Source: Methanobacteriota archaeon
GTDB taxonomy: Archaea; Thermoplasmatota; Thermoplasmata; RBG-16-68-12; JAFNFQ01
DNA length: 64,000 bases
Direction of reading: 5' to 3'
Assembly (NCBI GenBank): GCA_017885655.1
Contig: JAFNFQ010000026.1
Span: 2,505 to 66,504 of the forward strand
A program made the position numbers and the translations under genes. Position 1 is the stretch's first letter, and each line of letters opens with the position of its first letter. The notes under the pieces are model-generated. The model saw only the letters and a list, made by a program, of their open reading frames with translations, did not search any database and had not been told where the DNA came from. Of this stretch, positions 38,601 to 47,180 are shown piece after piece.

Positions 38601-40356
38601 CGCCGAATTCCGGCGCACTGTAGTCGGCGTCATAGTACCCCGGCCCGCGGACGTTGTTGAACATGGCGGGGTAGAGCTTGGTGAATCTCGGCTCCGAGTT
38701 GTTGCCCTCGTTCTGGAAGTAGACGAGGGTGCCGAAGCTCGTGTAGTTCGTGCCTGAGACGAAGTCAACATTTCCGTCACGGTTGACATCGGCGATTGCG
38801 GGAGTGCAGTAGTAGCCTAGTTTCAGTGTGTTGCCATGGTTCAGATAGCTGAAGGTCAGGTCGTCCAACGAGAATTGTGGGAATGCCGCCGTGCCGACAT
38901 TCTTGTAATAATGGAAAATGCCGCTGGCGAACCCGATGAGGAGGTCCAATGTCCCGTCTCCATTGAGGCCCGCCAGCTCTGGCGCAGCTTCCTGGACATT
39001 GGCGGCGGCAAGCACGCCCGTCAGTAGGGTATCATCTCGGGTCCATGCGGGCATGAAGGCGTTTCCAGTGTTCCTGAACGCAATCAGGCTCCCGTTTTGG
39101 AGGCCGACCACCAGGTCCAGATCCCCGTCTCCATCGAGGTCGCCAAGGGTGGGCTTGGTGTTTGCATCCCAAGGCCCGCCGGTCGGCGTGAGGTTCAAAT
39201 CGCGTGTGAATGCGGGATTCGTCGGACCGCCCGTGTTGTTGAACCCGGTCAAGTTCCCGTCCGCCGAGCCCACGATCAGATCGAGGTCCCCGTCGCTGTC
39301 CAGGTCTCCCAGCGCGGGGGCGCTCCGGTTCCCAACTTCCACCTCCCGGAACTCATGCCAGTCGAGCGCCCAGTTGAGGGACGTGGTGTTTGCCCATTGC
39401 CTCGTGTGGTCAGGCGTCCCAAAGATGTACTCGTAATTGCCGTCCCCCGCCAGGAGAAGCGACGTCTCCATGAGGAAGCCGTTGTGGTTGTAGAACTTCT
39501 CGTTGACCTTCTTCGAGACATAAGCGTCAATCATCGAGTTGTTGTTGTAGAAGTTGACGGTGAGGTCCGCCCAGATGACGTCAGTGTCCTTCAACCAGGA
39601 CGAAGTCGCACCGTAGCCCCATTGAGCTGAATACGGGCTGTGGTAGGAAAGATGGACCGAGACCATGGCGCTGTTCACATCCGCCACGAGAGAGTCCGGT
39701 GTCCCCCATCCCATCTGGAAGTTCGTCTGGTCCAGCGAGAGCTGGTCCCCGCCGACCCGGACGAGTATCCCGCTCTGCGCTTCGTATGGATATGTGGTGT
39801 GATCGTAGTACACCCTGATGCCGGTGGTATAGTAGTTGATGGAGTTGTCCGTGGTTAGCATGTACGTCCTTCTGTCCGTCACATTCCCATCGGTGACGGT
39901 CACAGCCGTGAACCCGATGCTGCAAGTCATGTCCCCCTTGAGGGCGGTCTTCTCACCCGCATTTATGAAGTAGCCCTTCCTCTCGCCCGGCGCGAAACTG
40001 TCTTGGAAAGCAATCCGCATCCTGTGGATGTAGCCGCTCGGGTACAGTTCAACGGTAGAGTTCAGGGGACCGGACAGGACTTCGCTGCCATCGGATTGGC
40101 GGCGTACTGTGAAATGGGTGGAATCTGTGATTGTTGAATCCGGCAGAGTCAAGTTCATCTGGATGACCTCATCGGGCCGGTCGATCGTCAGGGTGTTGGT
40201 TACATTCAGGGCGAACACGGACGAGGAGGCTGCGGGCATCGGGAGAGTACCGCCAGAATCCCCGCCAGAGCGCATGGACACGGGGATCAGGAAAAGAGAT
40301 GCGATCGCGACGGCGCAGACAATCTCTGATACTCGGGAGAACGAAGAGCGGTGCAT
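35680..40356 (-). CDS. giant secreted/surface protein (1558 aa), paralog of the 30150..34883 gene
   Basis: Collinear similarity to the downstream gene from N-terminus (NVTNT…NRPDEVIQMNLTLPDS…LSGPLNSTVELYPSGY) to C-terminus (GYW…SSDATW…GG). Same FG-GAP and PD40-like repeats. Confidence 0.85.
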   Translation of the reverse strand: MHRSSFSRVSEIVCAVAIASLFLIPVSMRSGGDSGGTLPMPAASSSVFALNVTNTLTIDRPDEVIQMNLTLPDSTITDSTHFTVRRQSDGSEVLSGPLNSTVELYPSGYIHRMRIAFQDSFAPGERKGYFINAGEKTALKGDMTCSIGFTAVTVTDGNVTDRRTYMLTTDNSINYYTTGIRVYYDHTTYPYEAQSGILVRVGGDQLSLDQTNFQMGWGTPDSLVADVNSAMVSVHLSYHSPYSAQWGYGATSSWLKDTDVIWADLTVNFYNNNSMIDAYVSKKVNEKFYNHNGFLMETSLLLAGDGNYEYIFGTPDHTRQWANTTSLNWALDWHEFREVEVGNRSAPALGDLDSDGDLDLIVGSADGNLTGFNNTGGPTNPAFTRDLNLTPTGGPWDANTKPTLGDLDGDGDLDLVVGLQNGSLIAFRNTGNAFMPAWTRDDTLLTGVLAAANVQEAAPELAGLNGDGTLDLLIGFASGIFHYYKNVGTAAFPQFSLDDLTFSYLNHGNTLKLGYYCTPAIADVNRDGNVDFVSGTNYTSFGTLVYFQNEGNNSEPRFTKLYPAMFNNVRGPGYYDADYSAPEFGDLNGDGLEDIAIGINNGTLEFYANQGYSLPERHANTMQPLQNGSYRYYYDQDGNDGQYVIRNYSSDFYGWYVVSNPSANASIFRYVPDFARYAYRDEYSGEMYPWAGGNTSYYPFIPGEDGRIGRGMLVTRAATDATAGGYGYGGTYLSQTGTAGGFLQVPMTAMDHRSRETLVLELPYDHSAALYDSIAAKMKNPLILDSDPDLTLRPIDITTDPSDPGQGQDVWVLANVWNTGFKTASNVQVEFFDGDPSAGGTKIDTTYVIPSIPAGSVYSASALWSTVGISGARTIFVAVDRGNTVAETDEDNNVASRTFQITATRRAWSGDWILSESTYNDMDPDLVTDANGDIWVAWHTFVRKDDFDMFARVYDGNTMSGVQQLTSGMKRTSAPALAAMPNGDVQLIFSSNIVEYDKFITTKNGIYYWSQKFDLWALNHSSGGWQAPYRFSQAVEKDNADQAPRVAVAQDGTLWTAFRHTHFDLYSHGQQMYNIPYQDMNISARSFNGTSWSGEQVVDNRAGNQGWWGGAYLTVSPSGTIWAFYESELSQTQFEIYYSKNNGSGWSAPARLTNNPGQDVRPVATFDSRGSLIVVWESDRDGEKDLYVKYLNGTSWSNDIRLTTEPGEDMKPAISTDGTGNVLMAWESDRTGNKDIFLKVFDGAAWTPDLQVTKDARSDEQVKIAGTGSGGAMLVWESDRNGYGDKDIIAKVLQLPPPTLKAELSGALYEDVKLTWSYPVHDWSTNLVNGYTVMCGDVYDRSGVGYVNVADTPASVRSLTLAGRGQGDPRNVFCYVIAHTPFASTAPSNQQGAYKIALTGHNLISIPLLIEDPAVTSVLATLTNIPSNFTYMRYYDELDAVSPWKIFSMIGPRDSVGIGNDMGLWIGSSGPGQLTVTGTVPNGYTIMLKAGWNLVGYSSLTPRTVSDALAGLPVVRIEGEDPAAPPYNLKVLGGDDMMSPGRGYWIYVSSDATWLLGG

Positions 40357-40399
40357 GGTGACCCCAGCCCTTTGAGGGGACGAATCTTCACTCTGATGA

Positions 40400-41326
40400 T
40401 TAAGCTTTCGAAGGCGGGAGAGAGCTCAGCGAAGCCGTCACCTCCGCCCTCGAGCGATAGACTCTGTCGTCGAGCTGCTTCAACAGCACAGAGGCCCGAA
40501 CACGCTTGCTGTCCGCAAGATCGACGAGTTTCCAGCCTTGGTGGCGTATCAGCTCATCCCTGGAAGACGGGAACTTTGCATCCTCCTTGAGAACCTCGTC
40601 GAGCGATGCGAGGCCCTCGCCTTTCGTCACCTTCGGGAATATTCCCGTCCTCTTGAACGCGGCGAACCGGGCGGCATCCTTGTACATCTTCACTCCGTGG
40701 AATGCGAACACGGCGAAGTCGAACCCGCCCCTGGATGTCCGGTCGTCTGCGTCCTCCAGCTCCTCGTCGGTCGGCTGGTAGATGTTATGCTCGCCCTTCC
40801 CGAAGATGCGCAGATACGCCTGGTCGGACGGCACCCTCGGATCCTGCAAGATGGGATCGACAACGTCGATGGCATGAATGTCGCTCATCGTCTTGGCAAG
40901 CTTTAGCGGGAGATCCCGACCACTGTAGGCTCTTGCCTCGATACATACCGTCGCACGCAGATCGACTGAAGAGACGAGATTCACGATGGCGGTGCAGGAG
41001 GAATCGTCGAATTTCCGCCATGGCGGGTACTCGAGCACGAGCCAAGGGGCTTTGAGGCGGTCGCAGATGGCGGCGGCCCGACCTAGGTGCTCTCTCGCCT
41101 CGGGATCGTCTAGTCTCCCGCCATCGTGAGTGATTCGGCGGGGAGCCTTGACTGAGAACTTGAATGTCGATGGAACGGTTTGCCGCCAACGGGCCACGTC
41201 CCTTGCTTCGGGAAGGCGATAGAACGTATTATTCGCCTCGACGAACTGAAATGCCCGCGCATAGGTGCGGAGGCCGCCGGAGAAGTAGCCCCACCCGCCG
41301 GCGCCGATGAAGGCCTCGCCGCTCAT
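40400..41326 (-). CDS. DUF72 (UPF0759) family protein
   Basis: Internal Met MSGEAFIGAGGWGYFSGG… (IGTSGWSY-like motif); …FQFVEANNTFYRLP. Confidence 0.7.
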   Translation of the reverse strand: MSGEAFIGAGGWGYFSGGLRTYARAFQFVEANNTFYRLPEARDVARWRQTVPSTFKFSVKAPRRITHDGGRLDDPEAREHLGRAAAICDRLKAPWLVLEYPPWRKFDDSSCTAIVNLVSSVDLRATVCIEARAYSGRDLPLKLAKTMSDIHAIDVVDPILQDPRVPSDQAYLRIFGKGEHNIYQPTDEELEDADDRTSRGGFDFAVFAFHGVKMYKDAARFAAFKRTGIFPKVTKGEGLASLDEVLKEDAKFPSSRDELIRHQGWKLVDLADSKRVRASVLLKQLDDRVYRSRAEVTASLSSLPPSKA

Positions 41327-41555
41327 CGGGCATGAAAGATGGCGGGAGTGGTATAAGAGCTGCGGGATGAGGGGGATGAAAGTGACGGCGGCATCGTCCA
41401 TTCAATCTGGAAAAGGTGGACACATTTCGGGAAAACGCGCTCGAACCTTGGGAGCATGCACCCGAGTCAGCGCATCTTCAGCACTTACAGCGAGAAGTTG
41501 AAAGGAGGGAAGATAGTCACTCGGCCTGGGCCTGATGCTGGTGGTATTCCCAATC

Positions 41556-41813
41556 TCAAGTTTCCAGAGTCTCAGCGTCCTTTTTCAGGTCGCGCGCGGT
41601 GTATCGGAGCTTGATCTTGCGGCGGCGCATCAGCTTGAGGAACTCGGAGACGGTGAGGTCGAGGAGTTCTGCCGCCTTGCCCATGGAGACCCTCCCCTCC
41701 AGGTAGAGCTGGAGCGCCAGGGATTCCTCGATGCGGCGGGGGAGCGTCTTCTCCGATTCGCCGAGGAGCTCCACTACCTCTTCAGGGATCTTCACCTTGG
41801 TCGTCAGGGCCAT
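41556..41813 (-). CDS. UPF0175-family small protein (antitoxin-like HTH), orphan
   Basis: MALTTKVKIPEEVVELLGESEKTLPRRIEESLALQLYLEGRVSMGKAAELLDLTVSEFLKLMRRRKI…; UPF0175 signature …SLGKAAELAG…EF. No adjacent PIN/DUF3368 partner visible. Confidence 0.55.
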   Translation of the reverse strand: MALTTKVKIPEEVVELLGESEKTLPRRIEESLALQLYLEGRVSMGKAAELLDLTVSEFLKLMRRRKIKLRYTARDLKKDAETLET

Positions 41814-41835
41814 CGATGGATAACACGCCGTCGGG

Positions 41836-42132
41836 CTACTTAAATGCACTCTCGCGGCGAATGCGTTCCGCGCAGGGGATGACTGTCGGAATCATGGGAT
41901 GCCAATACTGCGACGGACACTCCAGCGGCGGTGTCGGCGGTGCCGGCTCATACGGCTCCGACACGGCCGGCTCAGATGCGACGTAGTACGTGGTCGTGGG
42001 CACGCGGGCCACCCTCTTCCTCTTCTCGTTCCGGTAGTCCAAGCTCTGTATGACGAAGCCCGCCAGGAACACGAGGCCGCCGACCGCGACGGTGGTGCCC
42101 AGTCCAAGCAGGATGATTCCCACGTCGACCAT
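41836..42132 (-). CDS. small membrane protein, hypothetical
   Basis: N-terminal TM (VGIILLGLGTTVAVGGLVFLAGFVI), Pro-rich tail. Confidence 0.3.
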   Translation of the reverse strand: MVDVGIILLGLGTTVAVGGLVFLAGFVIQSLDYRNEKRKRVARVPTTTYYVASEPAVSEPYEPAPPTPPLECPSQYWHPMIPTVIPCAERIRRESAFK

Positions 42133-42298
42133 GTTGTAGTCGCCATCCCGGGTGAGGGTATAGCTGTCACCGTTCAGCGCGTAGCCTCTGGATCACCCGC
42201 TGCCGCAGCCTGTCGATGCTCCGCAATCGCCATCGCGACTCGGAGTGTTGGCGGACATGCCATCCTTTTGGCTTGGGGCTTGTTGTCAGACTACGAAG

Positions 42299-42937
42299 CT
42301 AGTTTCCTGGAGAATCGCGACCGAGGCTTGACACTGCACGAATATCACTGCAATTCATGCGCCAGAAGCCTGCCAGCCAGGCAACTGGTGGTCCGAACAG
42401 CATCATCAAGCCGGCAAACGCCCATAACGTAGTGGCCCAAGTACCAGGACCTTCCCATAGCGGCTCCAACAGGTAGTTGGCAACCCATGCCGCTGACACG
42501 ATGGGGACCGCAATCCACAATATGCTGATCCAGAGCGGGACGCCAGCGGAGACGCCCAACGCGCGACGGTTCATCTCGGGACTAATTACGAAGATAACCA
42601 AGATGAGAACTGCCCAGCCGGGCCACATCATGGTGGCCAGAATCCCACAGAAAAGCATCAGAACCGCCAGACCTTGGTCCACCAGCTGCGGCGGGAGTTG
42701 ATAAATCATCGTGGGGTGGTAGCCCTGATCCCCAAACAGGGCCGCACGAGCCTCGGGATGTCGGGCCGAAATCAGCCGCCTAACCAGCACCGAGCCCAAC
42801 ACCGCCGAAATCACGGCGAGGTAGAGTCCGTACAGTCCGACAGCCAATTCCCCGGGTCCGACAATTGCAATTACCATGACGGCAACGGTGAGGCCGAAAG
42901 CCCATATCCCTTCGACCAAGCGCAGAGTCAGCAGCAA
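42299..42937 (-). CDS. integral membrane protein (5-6 TM), hypothetical
   Basis: 212 aa, multiple hydrophobic helices. No recognisable family. Confidence 0.5.
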   Translation of the reverse strand: MLLTLRLVEGIWAFGLTVAVMVIAIVGPGELAVGLYGLYLAVISAVLGSVLVRRLISARHPEARAALFGDQGYHPTMIYQLPPQLVDQGLAVLMLFCGILATMMWPGWAVLILVIFVISPEMNRRALGVSAGVPLWISILWIAVPIVSAAWVANYLLEPLWEGPGTWATTLWAFAGLMMLFGPPVAWLAGFWRMNCSDIRAVSSLGRDSPGN

Positions 42938-43248
42938 TGGATTTGGGCGGACTCACCCCACCTCCTAGACGCATGATTGGCTCTCTGCGAGGCAGGGCAG
43001 AAGATGGAAGACGAGCCAGGGGGCGCATGCGATTGCTGTGCATATGAGGAAACTCGCGAACATTGCGCCGGCCACCCAGAATTGCCACGCGAACAAAGCA
43101 TACAAAGCTCCAATGAAATAATAGCCGCAGACCATTATAAGGCCAGTGATACACGCCGCCACCACCGCCCCGCCCCCTAGCCTGGGAGGGCTGGCTCGCG
43201 ATAGGTCGGTGGATTGGCGGTGCAGAGGAATCAAGTAGTCATCGAATA

Positions 43249-44448
43249 ATGCCCTCGCCCGTGAAGAAGTACCGCTTCGGTTGCTCCGGCTGGTCCTACG
43301 ACGAATGGATCGGCCCCTTCTACCGCTCCGAGTCCGAGAGCAAGCTGGAGGCCTACTCAAGGGTCTTCGACACCGTCGAGATCAACAGCACCTTCTACCG
43401 CCCCCCTGAGACAGGGATGGTCTACGGCTGGGCGAGGAACAGCCCCGAGGGGTTCGTCTTCGCCGCCAAGGTCCCCCAGACTGTCACTCACGACAAGCTG
43501 CTTGACGTGGAGAAGGGCGCCGCCACGGAGCTTGCGAACTACTGCGAACTGATGAGGCCCCTCCGCGACGCTGAGAAGCTCGGTCCGTTACTGCTGCAGC
43601 TCCCGCCACGCCTGCGGTTCGAGGCGAAGCACATCGACGCCTTCCTGAGCACCCTGCCTGACAGGTACCTGTTCGCCTTGGAGCCGAGGAACAAGTCGTG
43701 GATGGTCCCAGAGGCTTTCGACCTCCTCAGGAAGCACAATGTCGCGTACACGGTCGTGGACGAGCCCCTGCTCCCGGGCGATGTCCACGTCACCGCGGAT
43801 TTCTCGTACTTCCGCTGGCACGGGCACGGCGACCAGCCCTGGTACGACTACAGGTACAGCCTCGGCGAGCTCAAGGAGTGGGTCCCCAAGGTCGAGGACG
43901 CCGCCTCGAAGTCTGAGACGGTCTACGGATTCTTCAACAACCATTTCCACGGATACGCGCCGGAGAACTGCATCCAGATCCTCGAGATGCTCGGCGGCAT
44001 CGGGCCGGAGCAGCAGAAGGCGATGAAGCGAATCGAGGAGTTCAGGCACAGTTTCGCCATCGAGCGGCGGGGGTCGGGAAGAGGCGTGACCCTGGAGGAC
44101 TTCTCCGAGACACCGATTGCAGACCCGGAGCTTGACCCCATCCTTTCCAAGTTCCTCGGCAGTGCGAGACTGGACAGGGCGAAGCGGATTGCATCGACCG
44201 AGGTGAGCATCAACGACGAGGGGACCTCGATAGCGGCGAAGGTGAAAGACTACAGGATTACCCTCGACCTCTCAGCCAAGAGGATCGAGCACGACTGCGA
44301 CGACTGGGCGAAACGGATCGCGGGGAAGGAATTCTGCAAGCACGTCGGCAAGTTCTTCATAATGCTCCCGAGGGCGAGGGCTCTATCAATCCTGGAAGAG
44401 ATGAGGAAGGCCCTCGACGCGTGGACATTCGCCGTCAGAGAGGGCTAG
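43249..44448 (+). CDS. DUF72 (UPF0759) family protein with ~150-aa C-terminal extension; paralog of the 40400..41326 gene
   Basis: MPSPVKKYRFGCSGWSYDEWIGPFY…VFDTVEINSTFYRPP; 399 aa. Confidence 0.75.
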   Translation: MPSPVKKYRFGCSGWSYDEWIGPFYRSESESKLEAYSRVFDTVEINSTFYRPPETGMVYGWARNSPEGFVFAAKVPQTVTHDKLLDVEKGAATELANYCELMRPLRDAEKLGPLLLQLPPRLRFEAKHIDAFLSTLPDRYLFALEPRNKSWMVPEAFDLLRKHNVAYTVVDEPLLPGDVHVTADFSYFRWHGHGDQPWYDYRYSLGELKEWVPKVEDAASKSETVYGFFNNHFHGYAPENCIQILEMLGGIGPEQQKAMKRIEEFRHSFAIERRGSGRGVTLEDFSETPIADPELDPILSKFLGSARLDRAKRIASTEVSINDEGTSIAAKVKDYRITLDLSAKRIEHDCDDWAKRIAGKEFCKHVGKFFIMLPRARALSILEEMRKALDAWTFAVREG

Positions 44449-45194
44449 TACATCACCGAGCCGCCATTGACGAGCAACGTTGTCCCGGTTATCCAGTCCG
44501 AATCCTTCGACGCAAGGAAGCTGACCACTGCCGCGATGTCCTCCGGCTTTCCGATCCGCCTCAATGGAATCTCGCGAGCACGCTGCCTCTTCTTCTCCGG
44601 AGTATCTCCCGCCAGGATGTCTGTGTCGACGGGCCCGGGGGCAATCGCGTTGACCGTGACATTGTACCTCGCGAGCTCCTGAGCCGCCGCCTTCGTGAAG
44701 CCGAGGATGCCGGCCTTTGATGCTGCGTACTCGGAACCGTGGTCTGTGCCCTTGATGGCGATCTGGCTGGAGATGTTGATGATGCGACCCCAGCCCGCCC
44801 TCTTCAGATATGGCATGGCTGCCTTGGTGCAATAGAAGACGCTGCTGAGGTTCGTGGCGACCCTCCTGTCCCATTCTTCCGGGGTCAGCTTGTCGAGGAC
44901 AGTCCGCTCGTAGATGCCCGCATTGTTGACGAGGACGTCGATCCTGCCGAACGACCTGACCGCCGTCTCGATGAGGCGTCTCGCCTCTCGCCACCTCGAG
45001 ACGTCCGCCTTGACGGAGATCGCTTTGCGACCACTTGCCTCGATTGCGTCGACGACTTGTGCTGCCTGCTTGTTGCTCCGTACGTAGTTGACGACGACAT
45101 CGAAGCAATCGGCGGCAAGGCGAAGCGCCGTTGCTTTGCCGATTCCGCGCGAACTGCCCGTGATGAGCGCAATACCCGGCATCGATACCACCAA
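44445..45194 (-). CDS. SDR-family oxidoreductase (3-oxoacyl-ACP reductase-like)
   Basis: TGSSRGIGKA Rossmann motif, NNAG, catalytic Y-x3-K (YAASKAG), PGPVDTD. Confidence 0.85.
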   Translation of the reverse strand: MVVSMPGIALITGSSRGIGKATALRLAADCFDVVVNYVRSNKQAAQVVDAIEASGRKAISVKADVSRWREARRLIETAVRSFGRIDVLVNNAGIYERTVLDKLTPEEWDRRVATNLSSVFYCTKAAMPYLKRAGWGRIINISSQIAIKGTDHGSEYAASKAGILGFTKAAAQELARYNVTVNAIAPGPVDTDILAGDTPEKKRQRAREIPLRRIGKPEDIAAVVSFLASKDSDWITGTTLLVNGGSVMY

Positions 45195-45414
45195 TGAGAC
45201 AAACCCGCCGCGGCATTTAACGATGATGAGGGCGGGACGGATGCTCTAGCTTTCAGCACATTCGAGCAATGCAGGATTCTCTTCAGTATCTGCGGGGGCG
45301 GGCATCCTCGTGGCTGGGAGCTTCCAGGCAGTGGCGTACCGCATTCGCAACCGCGGTCATCCACGCCTGAACAACAGCGACCACCGCTTGATCCGCGCCG
45401 GTTCTCCTCCATAT

Positions 45415-45990
45415 GGCACCGCATTCTCCCGCATCGGAATCGAATCAGTCCGCATTTCCCCGAGCTTCGGGCGCGTTTTCCGGGCATCCGTCCGCGTTTT
45501 CCCCGACCTCGGGCGCATTGTCCCAGGCTTGTGGCGCATTCTCCGCGATTCCCTCCGCATCTTCCCCGGCTGTGTCCGCGTTCTCGTATATACGTAACAT
45601 TGCTCCCGGACTCGCTCCGCGTTTTCCCGGGACAGAGGCGCATGCGCCCAGACCTCGGGCGCATTTTCCGAAGAGCGGTCCGCATTTTCCCGAGCACGCT
45701 CCGCATGCGCCGGAAGTCCATTCGCATTTTCCCCGACACCGTCCGCATTTTTTCCGGTTATCGATGACTCTCCTCGCATCCGCCAAGATGCTCCGACGAT
45801 CGGTTCCGGTTTTCCGCGAGGAGGTCCGCATTTTCCCGGGCTCCGTCCGCATTGTCCGAGACGCCGTCTAAGTCTCTTCAAATCACTGACAGTCTTCTTC
45901 GCAACCGCTCGGATGCCATGATACTCGATTCAGATTCTCTGAAGGATTGTCCACGTTTTCCCGGATGCCCTCCGCGTTTTCCCGCCGACG
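45415..45990. repeat. degenerate tandem repeat array, ~20 copies of a 13-17 bp core (G)TCCGCATTTTCCC(G) with ~21-30 bp periodicity
   Basis: Seen directly (for example 45449-45461, 45490-45505, 45614-45630, 45678-45692, 45721-45735, 45741-45756, 45825-45840, 45846-45858, 45950-45963, 45971-45986). Occupies most of a ~900-bp intergenic space upstream of the SDR gene. ORFs across it encode repetitive GKMR/HFP strings on both strands (artifact). Confidence 0.7.
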
Positions 45991-46118
45991 GCGTCAACCT
46001 GAATGCGGAATCTGGCCGTGTCGGGGGATTTGTCGCGTCAAAGATGAAGAGCTGATAAATCTCAGCCTAGAGCCGGGGGAGGACTCTGAACGATAGGAGC
46101 AACGCCTCTGCCCTCAGT

Positions 46119-47063
46119 TCACGATTCTCCGGTGAACTGTTGTATCACTCTTGCTTTCTTTCGGGGAGTCTGATAACCGAGACCGCTTCTGGAGAAGACC
46201 TTGACAATCGACGCCGAACACTTAGGACAAATCCTTGCGCCAGTCTCAGCGCGCACCTTCGGCATGTAGGAGCAACGCGTGCAATATTCCGTCCGTATGA
46301 AACCGAAAATCATGTTCAGATAAACCGTCGAGGTTCCATACGCAGGCATTTCCCGGTATCTCGGTGCGAACACGCCCGGGGGACTGAGAGAAAGCCCAAT
46401 TGCCTCACGGAAGCTATCGAACATCCGCTTCAACCTCTCCGCCTCCAGGCTCGCCAGTTCTTTCGATTCTGGAATCAGAGCGCGAAGATCCAGTCTTTTG
46501 AAGACCCAATTCGTGAAGAGCCCCTCATATGGAGATTCCCAGATGTCTCTCCGAAAGGAGAATTTCTCCAAGGGATGCAGGGCTGAGACATCGGCGTAGA
46601 AGTACTGGCCGTTGACAAATATGTCGTCAGGGCGCTTCCACGGAGTGTGAGCGAGAATCTGGGGAGGTCTAGGATCCAGCTCGATTGCGATGGGGATTTG
46701 CTGCCCGTCGACAGGGAGGAACCCTTTGGCGACGGGATGGAATGCGAAGCCGGACTTGCACAAGACCTGGGAAATCGCGATAGAATCATCCGACAAGAGA
46801 AAACGTTTGAACGTCACGTATCTGACGAGCTGTTGTCTCGTCTTGCGTATCATCCCTCCTGCAAGGGCAGCGCTGAATGCGAATGTGGTGCCGAAAAAGG
46901 AAGCAAGGAGGGCTCCATCTATGGCCGGATACATCATGGCACCAAGCATCACAGTTGCAGCTGCTGCGGCGGCGAGGATCCATACGAGAATCCGATAGAG
47001 CGAGAAGAGTCGCTCGCCCTCACTCCCAACTTCCTCGAGCCAATCCTCCAATACTGGCGGCAA
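46119..47063 (-). CDS. hypothetical membrane protein with C-terminal zinc-ribbon (CxxC…CxxC)
   Basis: N-terminal 2 TM (VWILAAAAAATVMLGAMMYPAIDGALLASFFG…). C-terminal CTRCSYMPKVRAETGARICPKCS. Confidence 0.5.
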   Translation of the reverse strand: MPPVLEDWLEEVGSEGERLFSLYRILVWILAAAAAATVMLGAMMYPAIDGALLASFFGTTFAFSAALAGGMIRKTRQQLVRYVTFKRFLLSDDSIAISQVLCKSGFAFHPVAKGFLPVDGQQIPIAIELDPRPPQILAHTPWKRPDDIFVNGQYFYADVSALHPLEKFSFRRDIWESPYEGLFTNWVFKRLDLRALIPESKELASLEAERLKRMFDSFREAIGLSLSPPGVFAPRYREMPAYGTSTVYLNMIFGFIRTEYCTRCSYMPKVRAETGARICPKCSASIVKVFSRSGLGYQTPRKKARVIQQFTGES

Positions 47064-47180
47064 TTCCTCCCCTCATGATGGGTCTGGTGTCAGACAAGAA
47101 GGGGGCGATTAATAAGACATTCGGCGATTCGACAGAAAGCCGAAAGCCTATTCCGATTCAGAGCGTTCACGGGGACCGTC

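Noticed and set aside
45415-45990. CRISPR array, or a repetitive-protein gene (GKMR… / …HFP… ORFs 44885..45748, 45357..45881, 45413..45871), for the TCCGCATTTTCCC repeats
   Set aside because: The core is too short and too degenerate, with no constant spacer length, for CRISPR. The ORFs exist on both strands purely because the repeat lacks stops. One overlaps the SDR gene and none has a plausible start context.
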